Notes: generated by a model not told the origin, from the sequence alone. A DNA stretch of 64,000 nt from Eledone cirrhosa (GCA_964016885.1 OZ024743.1:236654001-236718000); one strand, 5' to 3'. Positions 46,701 to 58,755 are shown, counted from the first letter of the stretch. A program made the numbers and translations.

Positions 46701-49700
46701 TGGTTGTAGGTTCCTTCAGTCAATCTTCTATACTACTGGTTGTATGTTCCTTCAGTCAATCTCCTATACTACTGGTTGTATGTTCCTTCAGTCAATCTCC
46801 TATACTACGGGTTGTATGTTCCTTCAGTCAATCTCCTATACTACTGGTTGTATGTTCCTTCAGTCAATCTCCTATACTACTGGTTGTATGTTCCTTCAGT
46901 CAATCTCCTATACTACTGGTTGTATGTTCCTTCAGTCAATCTCCTATACTACAGGTTGTATATTCCTTCAGTCAATCTCCTATACTACAGGTTGTATGTT
47001 CCTTCAGTCAATCTCCTATACTACAGGTTGTATGTTCCTTCAGTCAATCTTCTATACTACAGGTTGTATGTTCCTTCAGTCAATCTCCTATACTACAGGT
47101 TGTATGTTCCTTCAGTCAATCTCCTATACTACAGGTTGTATGTTCCTTCAGTCAATCTCCTATACTACAGGTTGTATGTTCCTTTAGTCAATCTCCTATA
47201 CTACAGGTTGCATATTCCTTCAGTCAATCTCCTATACTACAGGTTGTATGTTCCTTCAGTCAATCTCCTATACTACAGGTTGTATGTTCCTTCAGTCAAT
47301 CTCCTATACTACAGGTTGTATATTCCTTCAGTCAATCTCCTATACTACTGGTTGTATGTTCCTTCAGTCAATCTCCTATACTACAGGTTGTATGTTCCTT
47401 CAGTCAATCTCCTATACTACTGGTTGTATGTTCCTTCAGTCAATCTCCTATACTACAGGTTGTATGTTCCTTCAGTCAATCTCCTATACTACGGGTTGTA
47501 TGTTCCTTCAGTCAATCTCCTATACTACGGGTTGTATATTCCTTCAGTCAATCTCCTATACTACTGGTTGTATGTTCCTTCAGTCAATCTCCTATACTAC
47601 TGGTTGTATATTCCTTCAGTCAATCTCCTATACTACGGTTTGTATATTCCTTCAGTCAATCTCCTATACTACTGGTTGTATGTTCCTTCAGTCAATCTCC
47701 TATACTACTGGTTTTATATTCCTTCAGTCAATCTCCTATACTACTGGTTGTATATTCCTTCAGTCAATCTCCTATACTACGTGTTGTATGTTCCTTCAGT
47801 CAATCTCCTATACTACTGGTTGTATGTTCCTTCAGTCAATCTCCTATACTACGGATTGTATGTTCCTTCAGTCAATCTCCTATACTACGGGTTGTATGTT
47901 CCTTCAGTCAATCTCCTATACGACGGGTTGTATATTCCTTCAGTCAATCTCCTATACTACTGGTTGTATGTTCCTTCAGTCAATCTCCTATACTACGGGT
48001 TGTATGTTCCTTCAGTCAATCTCCTATACTACTGGTTGTATATTCCTTCAGTCAATCTCCTATACTACGGGTTGTATATTCCTTCAGTCAATCTCCTATA
48101 CTACGGGTTGTATATTCCTTCAGTCAATCTCCTATACTACTGGTTGTATGTTCCTTCAGTCAATCTCCTATACTACAGGTTGTATGTTCCTTCAGTCAAT
48201 CTCCTATACTACTGGTTGTATGTTCCTTCAGTCAATCTCCTATACTACGGATTGTATGTTCCTTCAGTCAATCTCCTATACTACGGGTTGTATGTTCCTT
48301 CAGTCAATCTCCTATACGACGGGTTGTATATTCCTTCAGTCAATCTCCTATACGACGGGTTGTATATTCCTTCAGTCAATCTCCTATACTACGGGTTGTA
48401 TGTTCCTTCAGTCAATCTCCTATACTACGGATTGTATATTCCTTCAGTCATTCTCCTATACTACGGATTGTATGTTCCTTCAGTCAATCTCCTATACTAC
48501 TGGTTGTATGTTCCTTCAGTCAATCTCCTATACTACGGATTGTATGTTCCTTCAGTCAATCTCCTATACTACGGGTTGTATGTTCCTTCAGTCAATCTCC
48601 TATACTACGTGTTGTATATTCCTTCAGTCAATCTCCTATACTACTGGTTGTATGTTCCTTCAGTCAATCTCCTATACTACGGGTTGTATGTTCCTTCACT
48701 CAATCTCCTATACTACGGATTGTATATTCCTTCAGTCAATCTCCTATACTACTGGTTGTATGTTCCTTCAGTCAATCTCCTATAATACAGGTTGTATGTT
48801 CCTTCAGTCAATCTCCTATACTACAGGTTGTATGTTCCTTCAGTCAATCTCCTATACTACAGGTTGTATGTTCCTTCAGTCAATCTCCTATACTACGGGT
48901 TGTATGTTCCTTCAGTCAGTCTCCTATACTACGGATTGTATATTCCTTCAGTCAATCTCCTATACTACTGGTTGTATGTTCCTTCAGTCAATCTCCTATA
49001 CTACTGGTTGTATGTTCCTTCAGTCAATCTCCTATAATACAGGTTGTATGTTCCTTCAGTCAATCTCCTATACTACAGGTTGTATGTTCCTTCAGTCAAT
49101 CTCCTATACTACTGGTTGTATGTTCCTTCAGTCAATCTCCTATACTACGGGTTGTATGTTCCTTCAGTCAATCTCCTATAATACAGGTTGTATGTTCCTT
49201 CAGTCAATCTCCTATACTACGGGTTGTATGTTCCTTCAGTCAATCTCCTATACTACTGGTTGTATGTTCCTTCAGTCAATCTCCTATACTACAGGTTGTA
49301 TATTCCTTCAGTCAATCTCCTATACTACGGGTTGTATGTTCCTTCAGTCAATCTCCTATACTACAGGTTGTATATTCCTTCAGTCAATCTCCTATACTAC
49401 AGGTTGTATGTTCCTTCAGTCAATCTCCTATACTACGGGTTGTATGTTCCTTCTGTCAATCTCCTATACTACGGGTTGTATGTTCCTTCAGTCAATCTCC
49501 TATACTACGGGTTGTATATTCCTTCAGTCAATCTCCTATACTACAGGTTGTATGTTCCTTCAGTCAATCTCCTATACTACAGGTTGTATGTTCCTTCAGT
49601 CAATCTCCTATACTACAGGTTGTATGTTCCTTCAGTCAATCTCCTATACTACGGGTTGTATGTTCCTTCAGTCAATCTCCTATACTACTGGTTGTATGTT

Positions 49701-52028
49701 CCTTCAGTCAATCTCCTATACTACGGGTTGTATGTTCCTTCAGTCAATCTCCTATACTACAGGTTGTATGTTCCTTCAGTCAATCTCCTATACTACTGGT
49801 TGTATATTCCTTCAGTCAATCTCCTATACTACGGGTTGTATGTTCCTTCAGTCAATCTCCTATACTACTGGTTGTATGTTCCTTCAGTCAATCTCCTATA
49901 CTACAGGTTGTATGTTCCTTCAGTCAATCTCCTATACTACAGGTTGTATGTTCCTTCAGTCAATCTCCTATACTACAGGTTGTATGTTCCTTCAGTCAAT
50001 CTCCTATACTACTGGTTGTATGTTCCTTCAGTCAATCTCCTATACTACGGGTTGTATGTTCCTTCAGTCAATCTCCTATACTACAGGTTGTATGTTCCTT
50101 CAGTCAATCTCCTATACTACTGGTTGTATGTTCCTTCAGTCAATCTCCTATACTACGGGTTGTATGTTCCTTCAGTCAATCTCCTATACTACAGGTTGTA
50201 TGTTCCTTCAGTCAATCTCCTATACTACGGGTTGTATGTTCCTTCAGTCAATCTCCTATACTACAGGTTGTATGTTCCTTCAGTCAATCTCCTATACTAC
50301 TGGTTGTATGTTCCTTCAGTCAATCTCCTATACTACGGGTTGTATGTTCCTTCAGTCAATCTCCTATACTACTGGTTGTATGTTCATTCAGTCAATCTCC
50401 TATACTACTGGTTGTATGTTCCTTCAGTCAATCTCCTATACTACTGGTTGTGTTCCTTCAGTCAATCTCCTATACTAGGGGTTGTATGTTCCTTCAGTCA
50501 ATCTCCTATACTACTGGTTGTATGTTCCTTCAGTCAATCTCCTATACTACTGGTTGTATGTTCCTTCAGTCAATCTCCTATACTACAGGTTGTATGTTCC
50601 TTCAGTCAATCTCCTATACTACAGGTTGTATGTTCCTTCAGTCAATCTCCTATACTACAGGTTGTATGTTCCTTCAGTCAATCTCTTATACTACAGGTTG
50701 TATGTTCCTTCAGTCAATCTCCTATACTACAGGTTGTATGTTCCTTCAGTCAATCTCCTATACCACTGGTTGTATGTTCCTTCAGTCAATCTCCTATACT
50801 ACGGGTTGTATGTTCCTTCAGTCAATCTCCTATACTACAGGTTGTATGTTCCTTCAGTCAATCTCCTATACTACTGGTTGTATGTTCCTTCAGTCAATCT
50901 CCTATACTACGGGTTGTATGTTCCTTCAGTCAATCTCCTATACTACAGGTTGTATGTTCCTTCAGTCAATCTCCTATACTACGGGTTGTATGTTCCTTCA
51001 GTCAATCTCCTATACTACAGGTTGTATGTTCCTTCAGTCAATCTCCTATACTACGGGTTGTATGTTCCTTCAGTCAATCTCCTATACTACAGGTTGTATG
51101 TTCCTTCAGTCAATCTCCTATACTACTGGTTGTATGTTCCTTCAGTCAATCTCCTATACTACGGGTTGTATGTTCCTTCAGTCAATCTCCTATACTACTG
51201 GTTGTATGTTCCTTCAGTCAATCTCCTATACTACTGGTTGTATGTTCCTTCAGTCAATCTCCTATACTACTGGTTGTATGTTCCTTCAGTCAATCTCCTA
51301 TACTAGGGGTTTATGTTCCTTCAGTCAATCTCCTATACTACTGGTTGTATGTTCCTTCAGTCAATCTCCTATACTACTGGTTGTATGTTCCTTCAGTCAA
51401 TCTCCTATACTACAGGTTGTATGTTCCTTCAGTCAATCTCCTATACTACAGGTTGTATGTTCCTTCAGTCAATCTCCTATACTACGGGTTGTATGTTCCT
51501 TCAGTCAATCTCCTATACTACTGGTTGTATATTCCTTCAGTCAATCAGGATAGCCTAGAGATAGAATCGGACACAGCCATTATAATTTGGCCAACATCTA
51601 TATAACACAAACACTTTTTAATTTACTAGATTTCTGATTTTCAAGTTCCAATTTTAAATCTTGATTTCTCTTTATTAATTTGTTATTTGTTTTCTGCCCT
51701 CTTCACTGTATCACCTTATATTTATTTTTAAGTTGAGATTGATTATAACACAAACACATCTTGGCCTCATTCCAATCTATCCAACATATTTCTGACCTTG
51801 AGATTGGTTATAGCACACACACACTTTATCCTACATTATTTTTCACTTCTCCATATTCATTTTCATTACTTTTTCACCAATTTTTCATTGATTCTTTATT
51901 CTTTATTCTCTATTTATTTATTTATTTTCAAATTATACAAATTATATTAATTATTTTATTATATTATTTATTTATTTTCTGTTTTCTTCATTTATTGCCT
52001 TATATTTCTTCATATACATGGAAGAACA

Positions 52029-52063
52029 CCCCCCCCCACCACCACCACCACCACCACCACCAC
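52029..52063. repeat. poly-C plus (CCA)n microsatellite
   Basis: Directly visible; explains the poly-His and poly-Gly short ORFs. Confidence 0.95.
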
Positions 52064-52583
52064 TATGAGAGATGGTGGCAGGAGGGATGAAGAAAAAACA
52101 CACACTGGATACTTCTAAATTGTTAGCAGCAGCAAGATATAAGCTGACCACAACACCAACAACACTACCAAAATAATGGTAGAGGTCAAATGTACTTAAC
52201 AATAGCAAACAAAAACACTGCAGGGAGCCTCACCTCAGAAAGAATTCTATAGATTTCTGACTGAGGAATGCTCTCAGAACTGACCAATGGGAAGTTTGAC
52301 ACTTTGTTTGTTATTTTGTTCCTTTAACACCTTGTCCCTTCTACTATTTTATCAATTTTTTAAGCTAACTCCAACAATAACAACAGTTAGAATGAGGAAT
52401 GTTCTAATAACTGACCAATGAGAGGAGAAGAGGACCTTTGACACTGAAATTCGTTTGTTTGAATTCATATGATTCCAGTTCCTCAGTGAAATAACAACCC
52501 AACCAGGAACTGGGCATATCAGAGTATTGACAATATTATACACCACAACAACATATGTACTTGTCTATACCATACTAATTAAA

Positions 52584-52638
52584 ACTGCCTGAAGAGGTCA
52601 CAGCCAAAGATGGCTGTCACTGAAATATATATAGCAGT
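52584..52638 (+). ncRNA. Type I minimal hammerhead ribozyme, copy A1
   Basis: Stem I ACUGC/GCAGU; core CUGAAGA (52589-52595); stem II GGUCACAGCCA-AAGA-UGGCUGUCACU (G-U closing pair, one C.C mismatch); GAAA (52622-52625); palindromic UAUAUA stem III region; AUA triplet with predicted cut after 52633. Confidence 0.85.
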
Positions 52639-52787
52639 AATAAACGAAGCTAAATTTTAATCATTTGATGTTTTATTTAACTTTATTTTACACTACTCCG
52701 GAGTAACCAAACCAACCTGCGTACTTCGTCGAGTGCTCCAGCCTGCATACTGAGGTGTTGGTATACAACCAACATAAACTCAAATTC

Positions 52788-53825
<1,038 letters not shown>

Positions 53826-53988
53826 ATATATATATATGTAGAGAGAGAGAGATTTTGAGTATATGTTGGTTGTATGATTCCAGTTCCTCAGTGAAATAAC
53901 AACCCAACCAGGAACTGGGCATATCAGAGTATTGACAAAATTATACACCTCAACAACATATGTACTTGTCTATACCACACTAATACGG

Positions 53989-54043
53989 ACTGCCTGAAGA
54001 GGTCACAGCCAAAGATGGCTGTCACCGAAATATATATAGCAGT
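53989..54043 (+). ncRNA. Type I minimal hammerhead ribozyme, copy A2
   Basis: ACUGC-CUGAAGA-GGUCACAGCCA-AAGA-UGGCUGUCACC-GAAA-U-AUAU-A-UA/GCAGU. All conserved core nucleotides and the G10.1-C11.1 pair are present. Predicted cut after 54038; AATAAAC follows. Confidence 0.88.
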
Positions 54044-54088
54044 AATAAACGAAGCTAAATTTTAAACATTTGACTTTTTATTTTACTT

Positions 54089-54093
<5 letters not shown>

Positions 54094-54135
<42 letters not shown>
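54094..54135. repeat. (TA)n microsatellite
   Basis: Directly visible. Confidence 0.97.
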
Positions 54136-54138
<3 letters not shown>

Positions 54139-54338
54139 TACGTTTTGTTTTTGGTTTTTGTTTTTTTGCAAGATTCCTTATCTGAAAACGTTATTGAAAC
54201 AGATATCGTTATATATGGTGTGGGGGGGGGGGGTCATGGTGCCAATAAAAGTACTCCAACTTGTTGGTTTTCACTTCAATTTATTAGAGATTTCCGGTCG
54301 GTTAGTTTAATAACCGGAAGGTTTTTTATTTGTTTATT

Positions 54339-54381
54339 GTCAAATCTCTTTCGTCACACATTCTGTAACCTCCTCAGTAAC
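54339..54381 (-). ncRNA. Partly degenerate hammerhead motif C, inside an approximately 300-bp element (54216-54530)
   Basis: Minus strand: GUUA-CUGAGGA-G-GUUACA-GAAUG-UGUGAC-GAAA-GAGAUU-UGAC-AAUAAAC. It has a 4-bp stem I and 6-bp stem II, but stem III is mismatched (G opposite A). Confidence 0.6.
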
Positions 54382-54535
54382 TAATTTGTTATTTTGTCTG
54401 TCCTTTGTTCTGTCATACACCATCAGCTCACAAATCCTCTACACGTGTTTGTGTTGGCTTCTATAACTGTAACTTGTTGAACTTAGTCAATGAATGTAAA
54501 TAACAGCAGATGAAGACGTGAATTAATATAATATA

Positions 54536-54536
<1 letters not shown>

Positions 54537-54621
<85 letters not shown>
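54537..54621. repeat. (CA)n(TA)n compound microsatellite
   Basis: Directly visible. Confidence 0.97.
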
Positions 54622-54628
<7 letters not shown>

Positions 54629-54668
54629 TTCAAAATATTAACAAAATAGATATTCTTGTGATCAATTA

Positions 54669-54735
54669 TATTTTATTATGCATATTTCAGCGGTACTGAG
54701 TTAAGTTCAACAGTACGTCCTCATCAGATAAAATA
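54669..54735 (-). ncRNA. Type I minimal hammerhead ribozyme D, inside an approximately 250-bp TA-flanked element (54622-54875)
   Basis: Minus strand: 8-bp stem I UAUUUUAU/AUAAAAUA; CUGAUGA; stem II GG..GUACUG/CAGUAC..CU with a 2x2 internal mismatch; GAAA-U-AUGC-A-UA. Predicted cut between 54677 and 54676. Confidence 0.8.
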
Positions 54736-54974
54736 ATATGATACATGACATACCCTGACATAGTAGATGGTTAAGATTCAATCAAGGTAGTGGAAAACAT
54801 TAACTGTTGAGTGCTTCCAATCTATTGTAAAACTCATTCTTTGATGTATTCATTGAACCTTGTTTAACTCTTAAATATATATATATATATACTTCATTTG
54901 ATCTCTCTCTAATGCTATAGGGACACACAAATGAAGGGTAATGCAATGTGCACATTCATGTACTAAAGAGACTT

Positions 54975-55290
54975 GTGCACCCATTGCATTAGTGCATGTG
55001 TTGGATCTTCATCGATTACGACGATGAGTGTTCCAGTTGTTTGATCAACAGAACAACTTTCCTGTTAAATTAACGTACAACCGACTGAGCTTTCCACAGA
55101 CACGTGCACCCTTAACGTAGTTCTCAGTGAGATTCAATGTGACATAGTTTGAAACAAGACGGTTCCTTTCAATTTTATCAAGCCGAGTGGATTGAAAAGC
55201 TTCGTAAAATATATTCTCTCTTGTTCAAGCAAATATTGGTCAACCCGGTCTGGGAATCAAACTGATGACCTCACGATTGTCAGTAGTGTT
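54975..55290 (-). mobile_element. Decayed tRNA-derived SINE; left boundary approximate
   Basis: B-box-like GTTTGATTCC on the minus strand (55253-55262). The body (CCCTTAACGTAGTTCTC..GAGATTCA..GTGACA) resembles an abundant octopus SINE from memory, not searched. A related fragment occurs at about 62420-62490. Confidence 0.65.
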
Positions 55291-55949
55291 CAGATGTTTA
55301 ATTTTAACAAGTTCCAATACATATTAAGTTAACAACAGGTCGACTCCATCTGTTTCCACTCAGACTTCGATTTCGTATCAACCAACAGACATAAATTTAA
55401 AAACTGGAACGTGGGGAAAAAATGGCAAATTTCTTTAGGGAAATCAGCCAATTTCTTTGTGCTAATCAAATGAGAGAGAAAACATCTGAGGCAAAACACA
55501 AAAAGAAAATTATTATAAAGAATGTTTTGCTCATCTCAGCAAACATTGAAGATTAAAAATCTGTTGCAATTCGAACAACGAAAATCAATAAAACTTGTTT
55601 CCTGTGTATTGAAAAAAGCTTCTTATTTTTATATTTTGAGTTTTCGTAGCAATATATATATATATAAACAAATAGAAATAAGATAAAAATACAAAATACC
55701 ATCAGCTTTCCTCCCAAAATATATGTTTCTCTATCACGTCATTTAAGTACGTTTCCAAATCAATTTTCTTGCAATAAAATTAACAAAACACAAATATTAC
55801 AAAACCAACGCTTTCGTAAGATTGAGAAACTTGCTTGACTTTTCTTTACGTGATATACCTGCCAGAAAATGATGTGAGTGGCTCTGCAGGCTCAGTGGTT
55901 GTGGTGTACTAACTTATGGTTTACAGTTAGGTGTGATACACGTGGTGGA

Positions 55950-56180
55950 ATGTATTTTAATGGCATATTCAAAGTTTATCATGGTACATTTAGATTTTTA
56001 ATGGCATATTCATAGTGTTTAATAATGTGTTTATAGTGTTTATTGACGTATATATAGTTTTTAATTGCATATTAACTATTTTTAATGACACCATAACTTT
56101 CTATGACGTATACATAGTTTTTAATTGGGTGCTCATTTTTAATTGCGCTTTCATATTTTTTTAATTGTATGTGTGTATTT
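55950..56180. repeat. Degenerate AT-rich tandem repeat of about 21-22 bp
   Basis: Recurring TTTTAATGGCATATTCA / TAGTTTTTAATTG / TGACGTATA.ATAGTTTTTAATTG motifs. Confidence 0.55.
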
Positions 56181-56237
56181 TGGACATTGAAAATAAAACA
56201 AAAGTCAGATGTAGGTTAGTTTTTAAGAGTAAATTAA

Positions 56238-56322
56238 TGTTTTACGATCGTTTCAGAGGGCTGATTGATCGTATATTTAGTGCCGATATTCGAGATCAAT
56301 CACTCCGTCTTCATCAGAAACA
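56238..56322 (-). ncRNA. Type I minimal hammerhead ribozyme E
   Basis: Minus strand: stem I UGUUU/AAACA; CUGAUGA; long stem II (AGA/UCU, GG/CC, UGAUUGAUC/GAUCAAUCA); GAAA-C-GAUC-G-UA with perfect palindrome ACGAUCGU; GUA triplet with predicted cut between 56243 and 56242. Confidence 0.88.
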
Positions 56323-56385
56323 ATGAAATATAATTTTTATTTACTCTTTATATAAGGAGTCAGGAAAATAATTCTTTCCAGTATG

Positions 56386-56820
56386 ATCTTCTTATCCTCA
56401 AGTCGCTTTACCACACCCATTCAGTGTTGTGCACAGAGCCTTGCCGGAGGTATTAAGGTTTCAAGGTCGTTAAGTGTGCATTAATCTTCAAGACTGGGAC
56501 GAACTAGAAGGTGCTCTATAGTTTATAATTGCCCACATTGGCAGTTAGAATCGTCATCGGTGGCATATCCCCATTTCTGAAGGTTGACTCTACAGCACCC
56601 CCAGCTGTTCAGGGACGGTTCATGCAGGACCAGATGGGCCAGGTATCACTGGAGCTAATGGGGAGGGATTTTGTAAGGCTGAGACAGAGCCTGTGTTCTA
56701 CATTGTTAAGGTGGCAGGAGCAGAAGGACCAGGCGCCTAATGCCGAGGGGAATAGACAATTAATGAGGTTTGTGTAGGAGACAAAATATAAGGAAGTTGG
56801 ACCTATTAGTGAGATGGGCT
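56386..56820 (-). mobile_element. Decayed 3' end of an Ingi/Vingi-like non-LTR retrotransposon ORF (C-terminal zinc-knuckle region)
   Basis: Manual translation across frameshifts and stops: ...KSLPISSSDTWPIWSCMNRP*TA/GCCRVNLQKWGYATDDDSNCQCGQL*TIEHLLVRPSLED*CTLNDLETLIPPARLCAQH*. This fits the W..LNRLRTG.GR....L.KWG....C.CG..QT..HLL.CP motif, with the last Cys changed to Arg. It ends in a short GATAAGAAGA tail. Confidence 0.8.
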
Positions 56821-56852
56821 TTGTATATTAATATTTTAATGGGTATTAATAT

Positions 56853-58319
56853 TTTAATGATATATATTACTATCATAGTTTAATGATATATATTACTATC
56901 ATAGTTTAATGATATATATTACTGTCATAGTTTAATGATATATATTACTGTCATAGTTTAATGATATATATTACTGTCATAGTTTAATGATATATATTAC
57001 TGTCATAGTTTAATGATATATATTACTATCATAGTTTAATGATATATATTACTATCATAGTTTAATGATATATATTACTATCATAGTTTAATGATATATA
57101 TTACTGTCATAGTTTAATGATATATATTACTGTCATAGTTTAATGATATATATTACTGTCATAGTTTAATGATATATATTACTGTCATAGTTTAATGATA
57201 TATATTACTGTCATAGTTTAATGATATATATTACTGTCATAGTTTAATGATATATATTACTGTCATAGTTTAATGATATATATTACTATCATAGTTTAAT
57301 GATATATATTACTATCATAGTTTAATGATATATATTACTGTCATAGTTTAATGATATATATTACTATCATAGTTTAATGATATATATTACTATCATAGTT
57401 TAATGATATATATTACTGTCATAGTTTAATGATATATATTACTGTCATAGTTTAATGATATATATTACTGTCATAGTTTAATGATATATATTACTGTCAT
57501 AGTTTAATGATATATATTACTATCATAGTTTAATTATATATATTACTGTCATAGTTTAATGATATATATTACTGTCATAGTTTAATGATATATATTACTG
57601 TCATAGTTTAATGATATATATTACTATCATAGTTTAATGATATATATTACTGTCATAGTTTAATGATATATATTACTGTCATAGTTTAATGATATATATT
57701 ACTATCATAGTTTAATGATATATATTACTGTCATTGTTTAATGATATATATTACTGTCATAGTTTAATGATATATATTACTGTCATAGTTTAATGATATA
57801 TATTACTATCATAGTTTAATGATATATATTACTGTCATAGTTTAATGATATATATTACTATCATAGTTTAATGATATATATTACTGTCATAGTTTAATGA
57901 TATATATTACTATCATAGTTTAATGATATATATTACTGTCATAGTTTAATGATATATATTACTGTCATAATTTAATGATATATATTACTATCATAGTTTA
58001 ATGATATATATTTCTGTCATAGTTTAATGATATATATTACTATCATAGTTTAATGATATATATTACTGTCATAGTTTAATGATATATATTACTGTCATAG
58101 TTTAATGATATATATTACTGTCATAGTTTAATGATATATATTACTATCATAGTTTAATGATATATATTACTGTCATAGTTTAATGATATATATTACTATC
58201 ATAGTTTAATGATATATATTACTATCATAGTTTAATGATATATATTACTGTCATAGTTTAATGATATATATTACTGTCATAGTTTAATGATATATATTAC
58301 TGTCATAGTTTAATGATAT
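56853..58319. repeat. 26-bp AT-rich minisatellite, about 56 copies
   Basis: Unit TTTAATGATATATATTACTRTCATAG; nearly homogeneous apart from one A/G site. Confidence 0.98.
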
Positions 58320-58657
58320 TGTCTCATTTTGTAATGAAACATTCATCTATACTAGGCAGCCAATAGACAGAGTCCTTGGAGCGTCGGATTAACTGCCTCG
58401 GATACTGTTCCGGCTCTCTACACTCAAAGATCAAATCCCGTCTAGGGTAACTTTCTATTTCATCCATCCAAGAGTTGCTACCAGCAGATAGTATCATCAA
58501 TGACAAGACCAATGGAAACACTGTTTCCTCGGACCGATCTGTCCATATTCTCCTTCCCTGATCCTTATAATGGTATATAACTATAGTTATTATGACTGTT
58601 ATTGTTGGACATATGAAGAAAACAAGGAATAGACAAGAGGATGGGGGAAATTAACTA

Positions 58658-58663
58658 ACACAT

Positions 58664-58755
<92 letters not shown>

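Larger units (their letters stand above)
1..51546. repeat. 36-bp tandem satellite array, about 1430 monomers, open at the left window edge
   Basis: Head-to-tail copies of TATRTTCCTTCAGTCAATCTCCTATACTACDGGTTG with no spacers. Two main polymorphic sites (R = G/A, D = A/T/G), scattered SNPs and rare 1-3 bp indels. Ends at ...CTTCAGTCAATC (51546), followed by unique AGGATAGCC. Confidence 0.99.

Noticed and set aside
1-51546. CRISPR array (36-bp repeat length)
   Set aside because: Repeats are contiguous with no unique spacers, there are no cas genes, and the context is eukaryotic.
1-51546. Hammerhead in the satellite monomer, as in newt or schistosome satellites
   Set aside because: The minus strand has CUGAAGGA rather than CUGANGA, there is no GAAA, and no stems form.
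34-51605. Dozens of long + strand ORFs (up to 3725 aa) made of 12-aa repeats
   Set aside because: The monomer is 36 bp and happens to lack stops in all three + frames, while all three - frames are closed. ORFs switch frame at 1-bp indels and stops are tolerated and duplicated, so no frame is preserved.
53865-53885. TGGTTGTATGATTCCAGT resembles the satellite's TGGTTGTATGTTCCTTCAGT
   Set aside because: Only about 10 contiguous identical bases, too short to claim the satellite derives from the ribozyme element.
56529-56777. 82-aa + strand ORF
   Set aside because: Antisense to the Ingi/Vingi-like relic.
58324-58563. Minus-strand open frame of about 79 codons after a possible AG acceptor (DQGRRIW...DECFITK*), plus a TTGATGA...GAAA motif
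   Set aside because: No recognisable domain, a weak acceptor and no partner exons. The hammerhead-like motif lacks C3 and stems I and III. BLASTX or RNA-seq would be needed to revive it.
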